Assembly: GCA_020630175.1 (NCBI GenBank)
Contig: JAHDBW010000007.1
Span: 1-39,896, forward strand
Direction of reading: 5' to 3'
Length of the DNA stretch: 39,896 bases
Origin: Anaerolineales bacterium
GTDB taxonomy: Bacteria; Chloroflexota; Anaerolineae; Anaerolineales; UBA6668
Part shown: in pieces, positions 1 to 8,683 of the stretch
Numbering within the stretch: position 1 is the first letter of the stretch
Layout: every line of letters begins with the position of its first letter
Position numbers and translations under genes: made by a program
Notes under the pieces: generated by a model
Seen by the model: the letters and a program-made list of their open reading frames with translations, nothing else
What the model was told of the DNA's origin: nothing
The model's database searches: none

Positions 1-10
1 CAAATACGCA

Positions 11-595
11 TTACACAGTACGAATTAACTCCCCATAACGAAAGCAATCCACAGTGTGATCCATCGTCATCCCAACGCCCTGCATATAAGCGTAGATGAT
101 GGTGGGACCGACAAAGCCAAAGCCTTTCTTTTTGAGGGCTTTGCTGATGGTTTTGGAAAGATCTGTTTCAACGGGCACGTCTTCCACAGACTGGAAGTGA
201 TTGACGATTGGCTTACCGTCTACAAAATTCCACAGCCAGTTAGAAAAGCTGCCGTGTTGCGCTTGGATTTCTAACACGCCGCGCGCATTGTTGATGGAAT
301 GCTTGACCTTGAGCTTATTGCGCACAATGCCGGGATTGGCGAGCAGGTCTAGCTGTTTTGCATCATCGTAAGCAGCGACTTTGGCAATGTCGAAATTGTC
401 ATACGCCAGCTTGTAGCTTGCGCGCTTTTTGAGCACCGTGCTCCAACTCAGTCCCGCTTGTGCGCCTTCTAAGATGAGCATCTCGAATAGATGGCGGTCG
501 TCATCAAAGACGGGCACGCCCCATTCATGGTCGTGATAGTGCTTGTCTAGGTCGTCTGCGTTAGCTGCCCAGCGGCAGCGGGTTGGATTGGTCAT
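11..595 (-). CDS. tag: DNA-3-methyladenine glycosylase I
   Basis: Motifs RCRWA, YHDHEWGVP, LFEMLILEGAQAGLSW, IVRNKLK, GFGFVGPTIIYAYMQGVG and DHTVDC. Start moved to the ATG at 595 (MTNPTRC) because the upstream extension of the ORF is not Tag-like. Confidence 0.95.
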   Translation of the reverse strand: MTNPTRCRWAANADDLDKHYHDHEWGVPVFDDDRHLFEMLILEGAQAGLSWSTVLKKRASYKLAYDNFDIAKVAAYDDAKQLDLLANPGIVRNKLKVKHSINNARGVLEIQAQHGSFSNWLWNFVDGKPIVNHFQSVEDVPVETDLSKTISKALKKKGFGFVGPTIIYAYMQGVGMTMDHTVDCFRYGELIRTV

Positions 596-650
596 TGAAT
601 ATTGATTAGCGTAATAGACATTGCGGCGCACCCAGCACCCCATTGCAACT

Positions 651-685
651 TGACAATTGGCTGTTGACTATTGGCAGTTGGCCTG
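651..685. repeat. Degenerate heptamer tandem repeat (5 units)
   Basis: tgacaat-tggctgt-tgactat-tggcagt-tggcctg. Confidence 0.6.
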
Positions 686-725
686 CGCCGTTGGGTGTGA
701 TTTGGACGCGTATTGTTGGGTCGCC

Positions 726-751
726 GAGACGCCATGAATGGTCGTCTCTAC
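726..751 (-). repeat. GTAG-type REP-like imperfect palindrome
   Basis: Minus strand reads GTAGAGACGACCATTCATGGCGTCTC: a GTAG tetranucleotide overlapping the start of a GAGACG..CCAT/ATGG..CGTCTC hairpin, ~25 nt downstream of the MoxR stop. Confidence 0.55.
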
Positions 752-775
752 CTGATGTGACTGCATTCGTGGAGC

Positions 776-1687
776 CTAGCGCCGCCGTTCTTGCTGTTTT
801 GACATGATCAGCTTGGCCTTGGCAACATCGGTTTCGTGTTTTAGCAGCAGCGTCATTGTGTTTTCTAGCAGGTCGGGTGTAATGGCGTTGGCATTGAGTT
901 TGACTAAGGCGCGGGCCCAGTCCAGCGTTTCGCTGATGCTGGGTGACTTTTTGAGGTTCATTTGGCGCAGGCTTTGCACGAGGTCAACGGCTTGCTTGGC
1001 CATGTTGGCGCTCAGGTCTGGCACTTTGAGCTGCACAATGCGCAGTTCGGCTTCAATATCGGGATAGTCCACAAACAAGTAGACACAGCGTCGTTTTAGC
1101 GCTTCAGACAGGTCGCGCGTGTTATTGCTGGTGAGAATAACTAACGGTTTATGTTTGGCTTTGATGGTGCCAATTTCCGGCACGGTCACTTGGAAGTCGC
1201 TGAGCATTTCCAGCAAGAATGCTTCAAACTCGCTGTCGGCGCGGTCAATTTCATCAATCAACAGCACCACGGGTTTGTCTGAGGTAACGGCTTTTAGCAG
1301 CGGGCGCGGCAATAAGAAGCGGTCAGAGAAAAAGACGTTTTCTTCTTCGGCAATGCGGTCGGCAGCGGCGGTGAGGGTGTCGGCGTCAGTCAGGACGTCT
1401 TGCAGTTTGTCACGCAGTAATTGCGTGTATAGCATCTGCTTGGCGTATTCCCATTCGTACAAGGCTTTGGTTTCGTCTAAGCCTTCATAGCATTGCAAGC
1501 GGATCAGTTCACGACCCGTCGCAGCGGCCCATGACTTGGCAAGTTGGGTCTTGCCCACCCCGGCTGGGCCTTCTGCCAAAAGCGGCTTATCTAGCGCGTC
1601 GGCCAGAAAGAGTACGGTCGAAATTTCTTCCGTGGCGATGTAGCCTTGCTGGCTAAGTTTTTCTAAAACAGCGGTTGGTGTTGTCAT
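776..1687 (-). CDS. MoxR-family AAA+ ATPase (CoxD-like)
   Basis: Walker A EGPAGVGKT, RLQCYEGLDETKALYEWEY, Walker B LLIDEIDRAD, LTSNNTRDLSEALKRRC and PSISETLDWA. Confidence 0.9.
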   Translation of the reverse strand: MTTPTAVLEKLSQQGYIATEEISTVLFLADALDKPLLAEGPAGVGKTQLAKSWAAATGRELIRLQCYEGLDETKALYEWEYAKQMLYTQLLRDKLQDVLTDADTLTAAADRIAEEENVFFSDRFLLPRPLLKAVTSDKPVVLLIDEIDRADSEFEAFLLEMLSDFQVTVPEIGTIKAKHKPLVILTSNNTRDLSEALKRRCVYLFVDYPDIEAELRIVQLKVPDLSANMAKQAVDLVQSLRQMNLKKSPSISETLDWARALVKLNANAITPDLLENTMTLLLKHETDVAKAKLIMSKQQERRR

Positions 1688-1772
1688 TGGGTAATGGGTA
1701 TTTTTTATTTGTTATTGCACGCCGACGTATTGAGCAAAATAATCATTAACCAATAATCAATGTCCAATAATT
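1682..1772. repeat. Inverted pair of heptamer arrays (5+5 units)
   Basis: tgtcatt-gggtaat-gggtatt-ttttatt-tgttatt (1682-1716) and aataatc-attaacc-aataatc-aatgtcc-aataatt (1738-1772). Confidence 0.65.
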
Positions 1773-4308
1773 ATTCGTCTTTCCGCATGTCGGGGTTCAG
1801 TTCAACTTGCTTTTGTTCGTGTTCGTGATTGAAGCGCACTTGGTCGCCAATCGGGTCGTCATCTTTGGCAACAAAGACATCGCGGGTTTTACCACCGGCT
1901 TTTTCGCTGCCCACAATGCCCATTTCTTTGAGCTCATCCATCAAGCGCGCCGCGCGTGGGTAGCCAATGCGCATTTTGCGCTGTAGTAGGCTGGCCGACG
2001 CATTGCCATGCTTTTTGACGATTTCAATCGCTTGCATGATCTGCGGATCTTTGTCGTTTGTGATTTGCTGACGCGCGAGCATGTCATCCCACGGCGCAGC
2101 GGCTTCTGGCACGCCACCATGCGAAGGCCGCGCGGCGTTTGGCGCGCTGCTTGGGCGCTCGGCTTCTTCTTCCGTTTGCTCCCAGTTGTTTTCCCAGAAC
2201 TCGATCATCGCATCGATTTCTTTATCGGAAACAAACACACCCTGCGACCGCAACGGAGCCGAGGCACTCGGCGAGAGATAAAGCATATCGCCTTTGCCAA
2301 GCAACGTCTCCGCACCTAGCGAGTCCAAAATAACGCGGGAGTCGGTTGAAGATGCCACTGAGAACGCAATCCGCGCTGGGAAGTTAGCCTTGAGCAGACC
2401 GGTAACCACGTCCGTACTTGGGCGTTGGGTTGCCACAATCAGGTGCATGCCGGTTGCCCGTGCCATTTGTGCCAAGCGCGAGAGCATTTTTTCAACTTCG
2501 TCAGCAGCCAACATCATCAGGTCGGCCAATTCGTCAATAATAAAGACGATGAACGGCAGCGGTTCGAGCCCTTTGGTTTTCTTGGCCGCGTCGTTATAGC
2601 CCTTGAGATTCCGCACACCCACTTGCTCAAACAAACGGTAGCGGCGCTCCATCTCGCGTACGCCCCAGCGCAGGGTGCCAATCATGCGTTCCATTTCAAC
2701 TTCAACCTTGCCAAACAAGTGCGGCAGGCCGTTGAAGCGCATTAGCTCCACTTTCTTCGGATCTAACATCACAAAGCGCAGTTGGTCGGGCGTGTTGTTG
2801 AAGGCCAGACACGTAATAATCGAGGTCACACAAACAGACTTACCAGAGCCTGTGGTCCCGGCAATCATCAAGTGCGGCATTTTTGCGAGGTCAGCCACCA
2901 CCACTTTGCCAGACACATCGCGCCCTAACCCAAAGGCCAAGGATGATTTCAGCTTGTCATAACTCGGATGCAAGATCAGGCTGCGCAAGCCCACCTTGAA
3001 TTTCTTGCGATTAGGGACTTCAATCCCCACGTAAGACGTCCCACGCACGGGGGCTTCAACGCGCACACGGTTGGCAGACAGCGCCAGCGCCAAGTCATTG
3101 GCAAGGTTTGAAATTTGCGAAATCCGAACCTTGAATTTTTTAGTGGTGCCATCTGGCCCCGGTCTTTCAAAAAAGCCCGGCTCAATCAAATATTGTGTTA
3201 CTGATGGCCCAGTCAGGCTATCGACCACGGTGGCCGGAATGTTGAAGTCGTCTAGCAGGGTTTCAATCCGCTCAATATCGTAAGCAATATCTTTCTTAGA
3301 GGGCTTGATATCTTCGCCCGCATCCAGCATCATCAAATCTGGCAAGGCGCTTGGGCGCTTGCGCGGTTTGTAGTTTGGCTCTTTCTTCGCTTTTGAGGCC
3401 TTGGCTGCTTTGGCCGGTTTAGCCTTAGCCATAGCGGTCTTCGGTGCTGCAATGGCTGCTTTTACCGCTGGCACGTTTGGAATCAGATCTTCTAGCTTTT
3501 TACGCGGCAGGATGTCTTCGTCTAGCTCAGGATCATCAAAGCGGCGCACGAGTGAAGCATCTTCAACGTTGCCCGCAATCTTTGCTTGCACCCAGATCAA
3601 AATATCCAAGGGGAAGGTCCAGCGGATGCGCAACATAAAGGCTAAGGCCAGTACGAGCGTTAAGCTCAACGCTAAGATCGCAGTTGCCCGCAGGAAGCGC
3701 GCAAAGACCCAAGCCACGGCCCAGCCTAGTAAGCCACCGCCGCCACCGTCTGAAGCAAGCTTGATGGCATCAATATGATTGGTGGCATCATAAAGCGTGA
3801 GCTCTGGATTGAGTTGGCGCACTAGCAACAAGTGCAATAACGCCAAGCCCAGCACAACTGCAATCTCGGCCGCAATCACGCGCCGCCACGGAATTACCCG
3901 GTACGGCCGCATGTTGTGAATCACAATCATCACGCCAATTGCCACAATTGTTAGCGGCACAAGGTACGCCCCCCACCCAAGCCACGCCTGCAAAAAAGCA
4001 GACAGGCGGCGGGTCCAGTAACCATCGCTCAGCCCTAACAAAGAGAGAATCGAAACAAAGCCGAAAGCGATCATCACCCAGCCAACGATGTCGTCTAAAC
4101 GGCGCACAAGGCCAATAATAAGTTCAAGCAAAACGCCAAGCGGGCGGTCATACCACCCATCGTTGCCAACATCAGTTTGCTCTGCCACGTCCGCCGTCAT
4201 TTTGCGGGTTTTCGTTGCAGGCGCTTTGGCGCGTTTGGCTTTTGGCTTAGATGTAGCCTTCTTTTTACTACCAGTTTTTGGTGCAGATACCTTTTTCGTT
4301 TTCGTCAT
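1771..4308 (-). CDS. ftsK: DNA translocase FtsK/SpoIIIE
   Basis: N-terminal TM segments, GIEVPN, DLAKMPHLMIAGTTGSGKS, DPKKVEL, IIDELADLM, ATQRPS and a gamma domain with SASLLQRKMRIGYPRAARLMD. Confidence 0.96.
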   Translation of the reverse strand: MTKTKKVSAPKTGSKKKATSKPKAKRAKAPATKTRKMTADVAEQTDVGNDGWYDRPLGVLLELIIGLVRRLDDIVGWVMIAFGFVSILSLLGLSDGYWTRRLSAFLQAWLGWGAYLVPLTIVAIGVMIVIHNMRPYRVIPWRRVIAAEIAVVLGLALLHLLLVRQLNPELTLYDATNHIDAIKLASDGGGGGLLGWAVAWVFARFLRATAILALSLTLVLALAFMLRIRWTFPLDILIWVQAKIAGNVEDASLVRRFDDPELDEDILPRKKLEDLIPNVPAVKAAIAAPKTAMAKAKPAKAAKASKAKKEPNYKPRKRPSALPDLMMLDAGEDIKPSKKDIAYDIERIETLLDDFNIPATVVDSLTGPSVTQYLIEPGFFERPGPDGTTKKFKVRISQISNLANDLALALSANRVRVEAPVRGTSYVGIEVPNRKKFKVGLRSLILHPSYDKLKSSLAFGLGRDVSGKVVVADLAKMPHLMIAGTTGSGKSVCVTSIITCLAFNNTPDQLRFVMLDPKKVELMRFNGLPHLFGKVEVEMERMIGTLRWGVREMERRYRLFEQVGVRNLKGYNDAAKKTKGLEPLPFIVFIIDELADLMMLAADEVEKMLSRLAQMARATGMHLIVATQRPSTDVVTGLLKANFPARIAFSVASSTDSRVILDSLGAETLLGKGDMLYLSPSASAPLRSQGVFVSDKEIDAMIEFWENNWEQTEEEAERPSSAPNAARPSHGGVPEAAAPWDDMLARQQITNDKDPQIMQAIEIVKKHGNASASLLQRKMRIGYPRAARLMDELKEMGIVGSEKAGGKTRDVFVAKDDDPIGDQVRFNHEHEQKQVELNPDMRKDE

Positions 4309-4325
4309 AGATACGCTAAAAAATT

Positions 4326-4339
4326 AGAACATAAATACG
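4326..4339. promoter_or_regulatory. Candidate LexA (SOS) box at the ftsK promoter
   Basis: AGAAC-ATAA-ATACG, one mismatch from GAAC-N4-GTAC. It lies just downstream of a minus-strand TAATAT -10-like hexamer (4344-4349). Confidence 0.4.
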
Positions 4340-4530
4340 TCTTATATTACACCATTCAACGATTAAGTGTGGTCTAGATCGCTTACCGTGCAGTTGTTAG
4401 CGGGCAATACTTTAAAGCGGCGCTGGGCTTTTGATGACTATAGTTCTTTGTCAGTCGCGCCCTTTTTAGAGTGGGTGACTTGGCATTTAGGGCAGTTCTT
4501 TATCAGCACTTGATACAGCGCATTTAAAGC

Positions 4531-4557
4531 AAAAAGGCAGCACATTGGCTGCCTTTT
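4531..4557 (-). terminator. Rho-independent terminator after the S1-domain gene
   Basis: aaaaggcagc-acattg-gctgcctttt hairpin with A/T tracts on both sides. Confidence 0.8.
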
Positions 4558-4581
4558 CAATTATTTTATTGTGTTCAGCAG

Positions 4582-5538
4582 TTATTCGCCCAGCTTGCTT
4601 TTGCGCATGGTGAGCCCAAGCTTCCGCTGATTTGGCATAATGTTCACAACACAGGCGTTGATTGTTTCGCCAAGGCTAACCACATTGGCCGGATGCATGA
4701 AGTTCCCTTCTGCCAGTTCACTGGTGTGGATCAACCCTTCAAGACCTGGCTCTAGCGTTACAAACACACCGTAGTCAACAATATTGCTTACTTGGCCTTC
4801 TACAATTTGGCCAACACGATAGCGGTCTTGCACGGTGAGCCATGGATCTGGCGTGAGTTCTTTCAAACTTAGGCTAATACGCCCTTCGTCAGCATTTACG
4901 TTGAGCACTAACGCTTCAATTTCTTGCCCCGGTGACAATACCGCGCTTGGATGTGAAATCCGGCTCCAAGAAATTTGCGAAACGTGAACGAGCCCTTCAA
5001 CACCACCCAGATCGACAAACGCTCCAAAATGGCGCGTGTTTGTCACAATACCGCGAACTTTATCGCCCGGGCGGATTTTGTACAAAATCACTTCCCGTGC
5101 GCCCGGCTGAGATAGCGCAGCCCGTTCAGATAAGATCAGACGCTGTTGCTTTTCGTCTAGTTCAATAATTTTTAGACGTAAGCCTTCACCAACGCGGCGG
5201 CTCAAAAGCGCCTTGCGATGGGCATCAGAAATATCAGTTGGTAAATTTAGAATGTGGGATGCTGGCACAAAGCCCCGCACCATATCCCATTTGACAAGTA
5301 AGCCACCACGATTGAAGCCAATCACTTCTAGCTCAACTGTGTCATCTGAGACATAGGTTTGATGAATTTTTACCCAAGTGTCTTGGTAGTCTGCGTAAGC
5401 ATATGATGTGGCATGCTCTGGTTGTGCAGGACTACTTGATACAGTGTCACTGTCACCTTCGCTTAATATTTGTTGCCACCAGCTTTCATCTACCCCAGAT
5501 GGATCGGACCCCATTTTGTCCGATGAATGAGAAGACAT
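4582..5538 (-). CDS. S1 RNA-binding domain protein (three S1 domains, bS1 paralog)
   Basis: NRGGLLV..GFVPASH, FGAFVDLGGVEGLVHVSQISW and YGVFVTLEPGLEGLIHTSEL. SD AAGGGG lies 7 nt before the ATG at 5538. Confidence 0.88.
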   Translation of the reverse strand: MSSHSSDKMGSDPSGVDESWWQQILSEGDSDTVSSSPAQPEHATSYAYADYQDTWVKIHQTYVSDDTVELEVIGFNRGGLLVKWDMVRGFVPASHILNLPTDISDAHRKALLSRRVGEGLRLKIIELDEKQQRLILSERAALSQPGAREVILYKIRPGDKVRGIVTNTRHFGAFVDLGGVEGLVHVSQISWSRISHPSAVLSPGQEIEALVLNVNADEGRISLSLKELTPDPWLTVQDRYRVGQIVEGQVSNIVDYGVFVTLEPGLEGLIHTSELAEGNFMHPANVVSLGETINACVVNIMPNQRKLGLTMRKSKLGE

Positions 5539-5926
5539 ACATTTACCCCTTATTACCCAAAATAGCAATTTTAATGTCAGAAACTGCTTGCATAATCCAT
5601 TACAACCTCAGATATGACGCCAAATGCATAAATTTGACTCTTACCAATACAACTCTAATTAAATTTAGCACGAAACAGCATAATTTTGATGGTTTTGTGC
5701 AAGCAAAATTAATATTGAGTGTATGTCTATCTGTTTTTTGTGAATGAAGGCGATTTTCGGTAATAGCCTAAGGGAGTTGCATCTTCGCTTAAGCTAACCT
5801 AACAGGTTGCAAGACTAGTTTCGTAGTACTTTCTGATTTAGGCAGTCCTGTTTATTACACACCATGAAATCTTTTCGTAACCCATCGTACTACGATTCCA
5901 ACCAAATACAAAGGAATTTCTAATTA

Positions 5927-5943
5927 TTGCTAACTTTTAGCAA
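5927..5943. promoter_or_regulatory. Perfect 7-3-7 inverted repeat, candidate operator
   Basis: TTGCTAA-CTT-TTAGCAA in the AT-rich intergenic region upstream of the S1 gene. Confidence 0.35.
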
Positions 5944-5986
5944 ACATTTACATGTTCTCTACCTAAATAGTGGCGTCTAGTGCGCT

Positions 5987-7957
5987 TCAATCGCCAACCT
6001 GCCGGTTTTCCATCGATGCAATCACCCGCGCAACTTCTTCAACGGCAACCCGCTGTTTACGGTATAAATCCGCCTCGGACACTGCCAATTTAAGTGCGAC
6101 TTCACGCACCTTCTTACCTTCCATGAACTTAAGTTCCAAAATATTGTAAAGCAGCCAGTCTGCTGTAAATTTACGATTACCGGGCGGCTTGATTTCTTCA
6201 ATGGCATCCTTCAACAGCAGGCGCAGCGCATTGACGGTGCTGTCATTATTTTGATCAGCCAACGTTTGCACCACTTGCAGCCGCAACAGCGGGTTCTCTG
6301 TAAGTTTGGGGCCACCCCAATAATGGGTAAGCGCGTCCTTCACCCACTTTGCAGCGTCTGGGCTTTCAAGCAAGGTGTTCTTTTGAATTGCCTGACTGCC
6401 CGTATATTGCGCCGCCGCCCGCAAGCGTTGGAGTTCATCAACTTGCACCAGCAAAGTATCCATCGCATCAAACACGCGTTGTTGCAATCGCATATCTTCT
6501 AACGCGGATGCGGTCTGATCAATCAAGGTATTGAGCGTGTCGCGTTCGTCTTCGGTAAATTCAAGCGCATCAGCAGCAGCTTCAACGCCCAGCACGCCTA
6601 GCACTTCACCGGCTTCGGCTAGCCCATCTTGATCGGACTGCGCCCGGAGCGGGAACAACCAATACGTTTCCCAACGCAATGCCTGCGTGCTACCCAGTAC
6701 GGCAACCGGGTGCAGTTCAGAGGCCGCAGTTTCCAGCGGCAGATCGCCTGCTTCAGGCAAACTCTGCTTCGCCCCAATCGAAACTTCCAAACGTGGGCCT
6801 TCTGGCGTGATTACCGCTACAAATCCGTTAGAGACATGCACAACATCACAAGCAGTGGCAAGCACAATTTCTAAGAACTGGCGGATATCAGCTGAGGTTA
6901 GCAGGCGCTCGTTTAGCGTACGCAGACGCTTGAGGTCTTCACGGTCACTGGCATTGCCATAGAAAAACCAGCGTTCAAATGTATTCCGCGAAATGGAAAA
7001 GGCAAACTGCGGCAGCATCGCCGCCACCACAATCAAACTGGGTAAGAGTAGCGTGTTGTTGATATCAAAGCGACGCCCCGCCCAGCGCATCGTGACATAG
7101 GTTGCCACAATCAAAGACGCCACAAACGGACCGCGGTATGTCCAACGGAACAAACGGCTTTTTACAATCCGGTCGGGCTGTGGCGTGCCAAAGAAAGAGA
7201 CCGTGTAGGTGAGTACAATCAGCATTGCGCCCAAAAATCCATTTACCAATGTAGTAATGAATAAAAAGACAAACGGTTGCGCGACGGCAACTTGCTCACC
7301 AGCGACCAACAAATAGGGAAATACCCCAAACGGAATAGCCAGCGATGCCGTTAGCAAGTAGCCCATCCGGCGGCGGGTGGCCCGCGTGAGGCAGCGGTTG
7401 TAGGCGCGATAAATATTGAATGCGCCAAACAAAATCGCTAGCACACAGCCAACAGAAAACGGCCAGAACAACACACCGGGGCGCAAGTAACGAATGAACG
7501 TGGTGATTTCAATATCTCGCACGAGATAATCACTAAACACAACAAGCACAGCCATCACGATACAAATCAAATATGTAACGCGCACCCCTAAACGGCGGCG
7601 GCCACGTGAGGGCTGCCCAGTAAGCGCTAGCAACGCATCCGAAAGGTGCAGGTATGTGGCTGGTACGCCAACAAGACCCACCATCTGTACTTTTAGCCAG
7701 AATGCAATTGTCGGCTCATCCTGCAAAATAGAGGCCGCGATATCCCCCAAGTAAATGACAACCACACAACTTAATAACAAGCTAAATGAGCGCGCGGCGC
7801 GGTCACGCAAGTTAAAAGTGAGGGTATACAGCAGCAATGACGCGGCTGTAATCAACACGGCAACCGAGATAATCTCGTTGAATAAGGTGACCGCGTTGCT
7901 AAGAATTTCTAGCATTTCGTTTGGAGGAAGGACATCAGGCCAGCGACTTGTGGCCAA
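5987..7957 (-). CDS. Membrane protein with HisKA_7TM-like sensor, GAF-like domain and C-terminal HTH
   Basis: About 9 hydrophobic segments in the N-terminal ~330 aa. GAF-like region (FLEIVLATAC...LFPLR...VLGVLGV...FTEDERDTLNTLIDQTASALED). C-terminal KVREVALKLAVSEADLYRKQRVAV HTH. No H-box or HATPase motifs. Start is the TTG at 7957 or the ATG at 7915. Confidence 0.75.
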   Translation of the reverse strand: MATSRWPDVLPPNEMLEILSNAVTLFNEIISVAVLITAASLLLYTLTFNLRDRAARSFSLLLSCVVVIYLGDIAASILQDEPTIAFWLKVQMVGLVGVPATYLHLSDALLALTGQPSRGRRRLGVRVTYLICIVMAVLVVFSDYLVRDIEITTFIRYLRPGVLFWPFSVGCVLAILFGAFNIYRAYNRCLTRATRRRMGYLLTASLAIPFGVFPYLLVAGEQVAVAQPFVFLFITTLVNGFLGAMLIVLTYTVSFFGTPQPDRIVKSRLFRWTYRGPFVASLIVATYVTMRWAGRRFDINNTLLLPSLIVVAAMLPQFAFSISRNTFERWFFYGNASDREDLKRLRTLNERLLTSADIRQFLEIVLATACDVVHVSNGFVAVITPEGPRLEVSIGAKQSLPEAGDLPLETAASELHPVAVLGSTQALRWETYWLFPLRAQSDQDGLAEAGEVLGVLGVEAAADALEFTEDERDTLNTLIDQTASALEDMRLQQRVFDAMDTLLVQVDELQRLRAAAQYTGSQAIQKNTLLESPDAAKWVKDALTHYWGGPKLTENPLLRLQVVQTLADQNNDSTVNALRLLLKDAIEEIKPPGNRKFTADWLLYNILELKFMEGKKVREVALKLAVSEADLYRKQRVAVEEVARVIASMENRQVGD

Positions 7958-7974
7958 GCACTATCCCTGATTAC

Positions 7975-8529
7975 TTAGAGTGTGAGGGTAAAGTACAGCG
8001 CAATATCGTTGTTGAGGTAATATCGCTCATTGTACCCACTGTGGGCAAAGCCGTGCTTACGCAAAAAGTCAATTGCTGGCGCGTTTTTTGTTTGAACTTC
8101 TGCAGTAACGCGTTCATAGCCGTTTTGTAGCGCCCAGTCTAAGCAGCCGTGCATCAACGTACTGCCAACGCCTTTCCGGCGATGGTATTTTGTGACGACA
8201 CAGTCTGCCAAGTGCGCAACGCCCGGCAACGGGCTTTGATTTAAAGCAACATAGCCTTCAATCGTTTCATCAACTTCAGCCACAATTAGTAATGGGAAGC
8301 GCTTCCAGTTCTTGAGCGATTCTTCTGGATCGCGCGGGAAGTTAACGCGCATTGTGCGCGGCAAGCGGATATTCCGAAAGTTAATATTCGTTGTGCGGTC
8401 TTCTTCGCGGATATCCATTTGCCACACATAGTCGGTGGTGTACCCATGATCAAAACGCGTTAGTAATGGAATATCACGCGCGCGGGCCGTGCGAAGCGTA
8501 ATTTTTTGGCTTTTTTTGTTAGGAAGCAT
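7975..8529 (-). CDS. GNAT acetyltransferase (SatA-like C-terminus)
   Basis: Acetyl-CoA motif VTKYHRRKGVGSTLM, followed by EVQTKNAPAIDFLRKHGF...IALYF. Confidence 0.85.
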   Translation of the reverse strand: MLPNKKSQKITLRTARARDIPLLTRFDHGYTTDYVWQMDIREEDRTTNINFRNIRLPRTMRVNFPRDPEESLKNWKRFPLLIVAEVDETIEGYVALNQSPLPGVAHLADCVVTKYHRRKGVGSTLMHGCLDWALQNGYERVTAEVQTKNAPAIDFLRKHGFAHSGYNERYYLNNDIALYFTLTL

Positions 8530-8683
8530 CTATGTAAAGCAAGTTTTTTTCTAAACTCCTCGCATTTAGAACAATCACTATCATTCAGTTTTACCGCGAG
8601 GCTCTTAGAAACAGTATCAGATGTCGGCTAGCTGGTCTACAACTTGTTGCAGGCTGCCGTACATTGTAACAAACTGCTTGCAC

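Noticed and set aside
596-643. N-terminal extension of the tag ORF (and similar extensions in the htrA, DnaJ-like and DUF951 ORFs)
   Set aside because: Family-like sequence begins at downstream ATGs, so the extensions look like ORF-caller artefacts.
5403-5747. 114-aa plus-strand ORF over the S1 start and upstream region
   Set aside because: It overlaps the S1 gene antisense, has no SD or motif, and its composition reflects AT-rich intergenic DNA.
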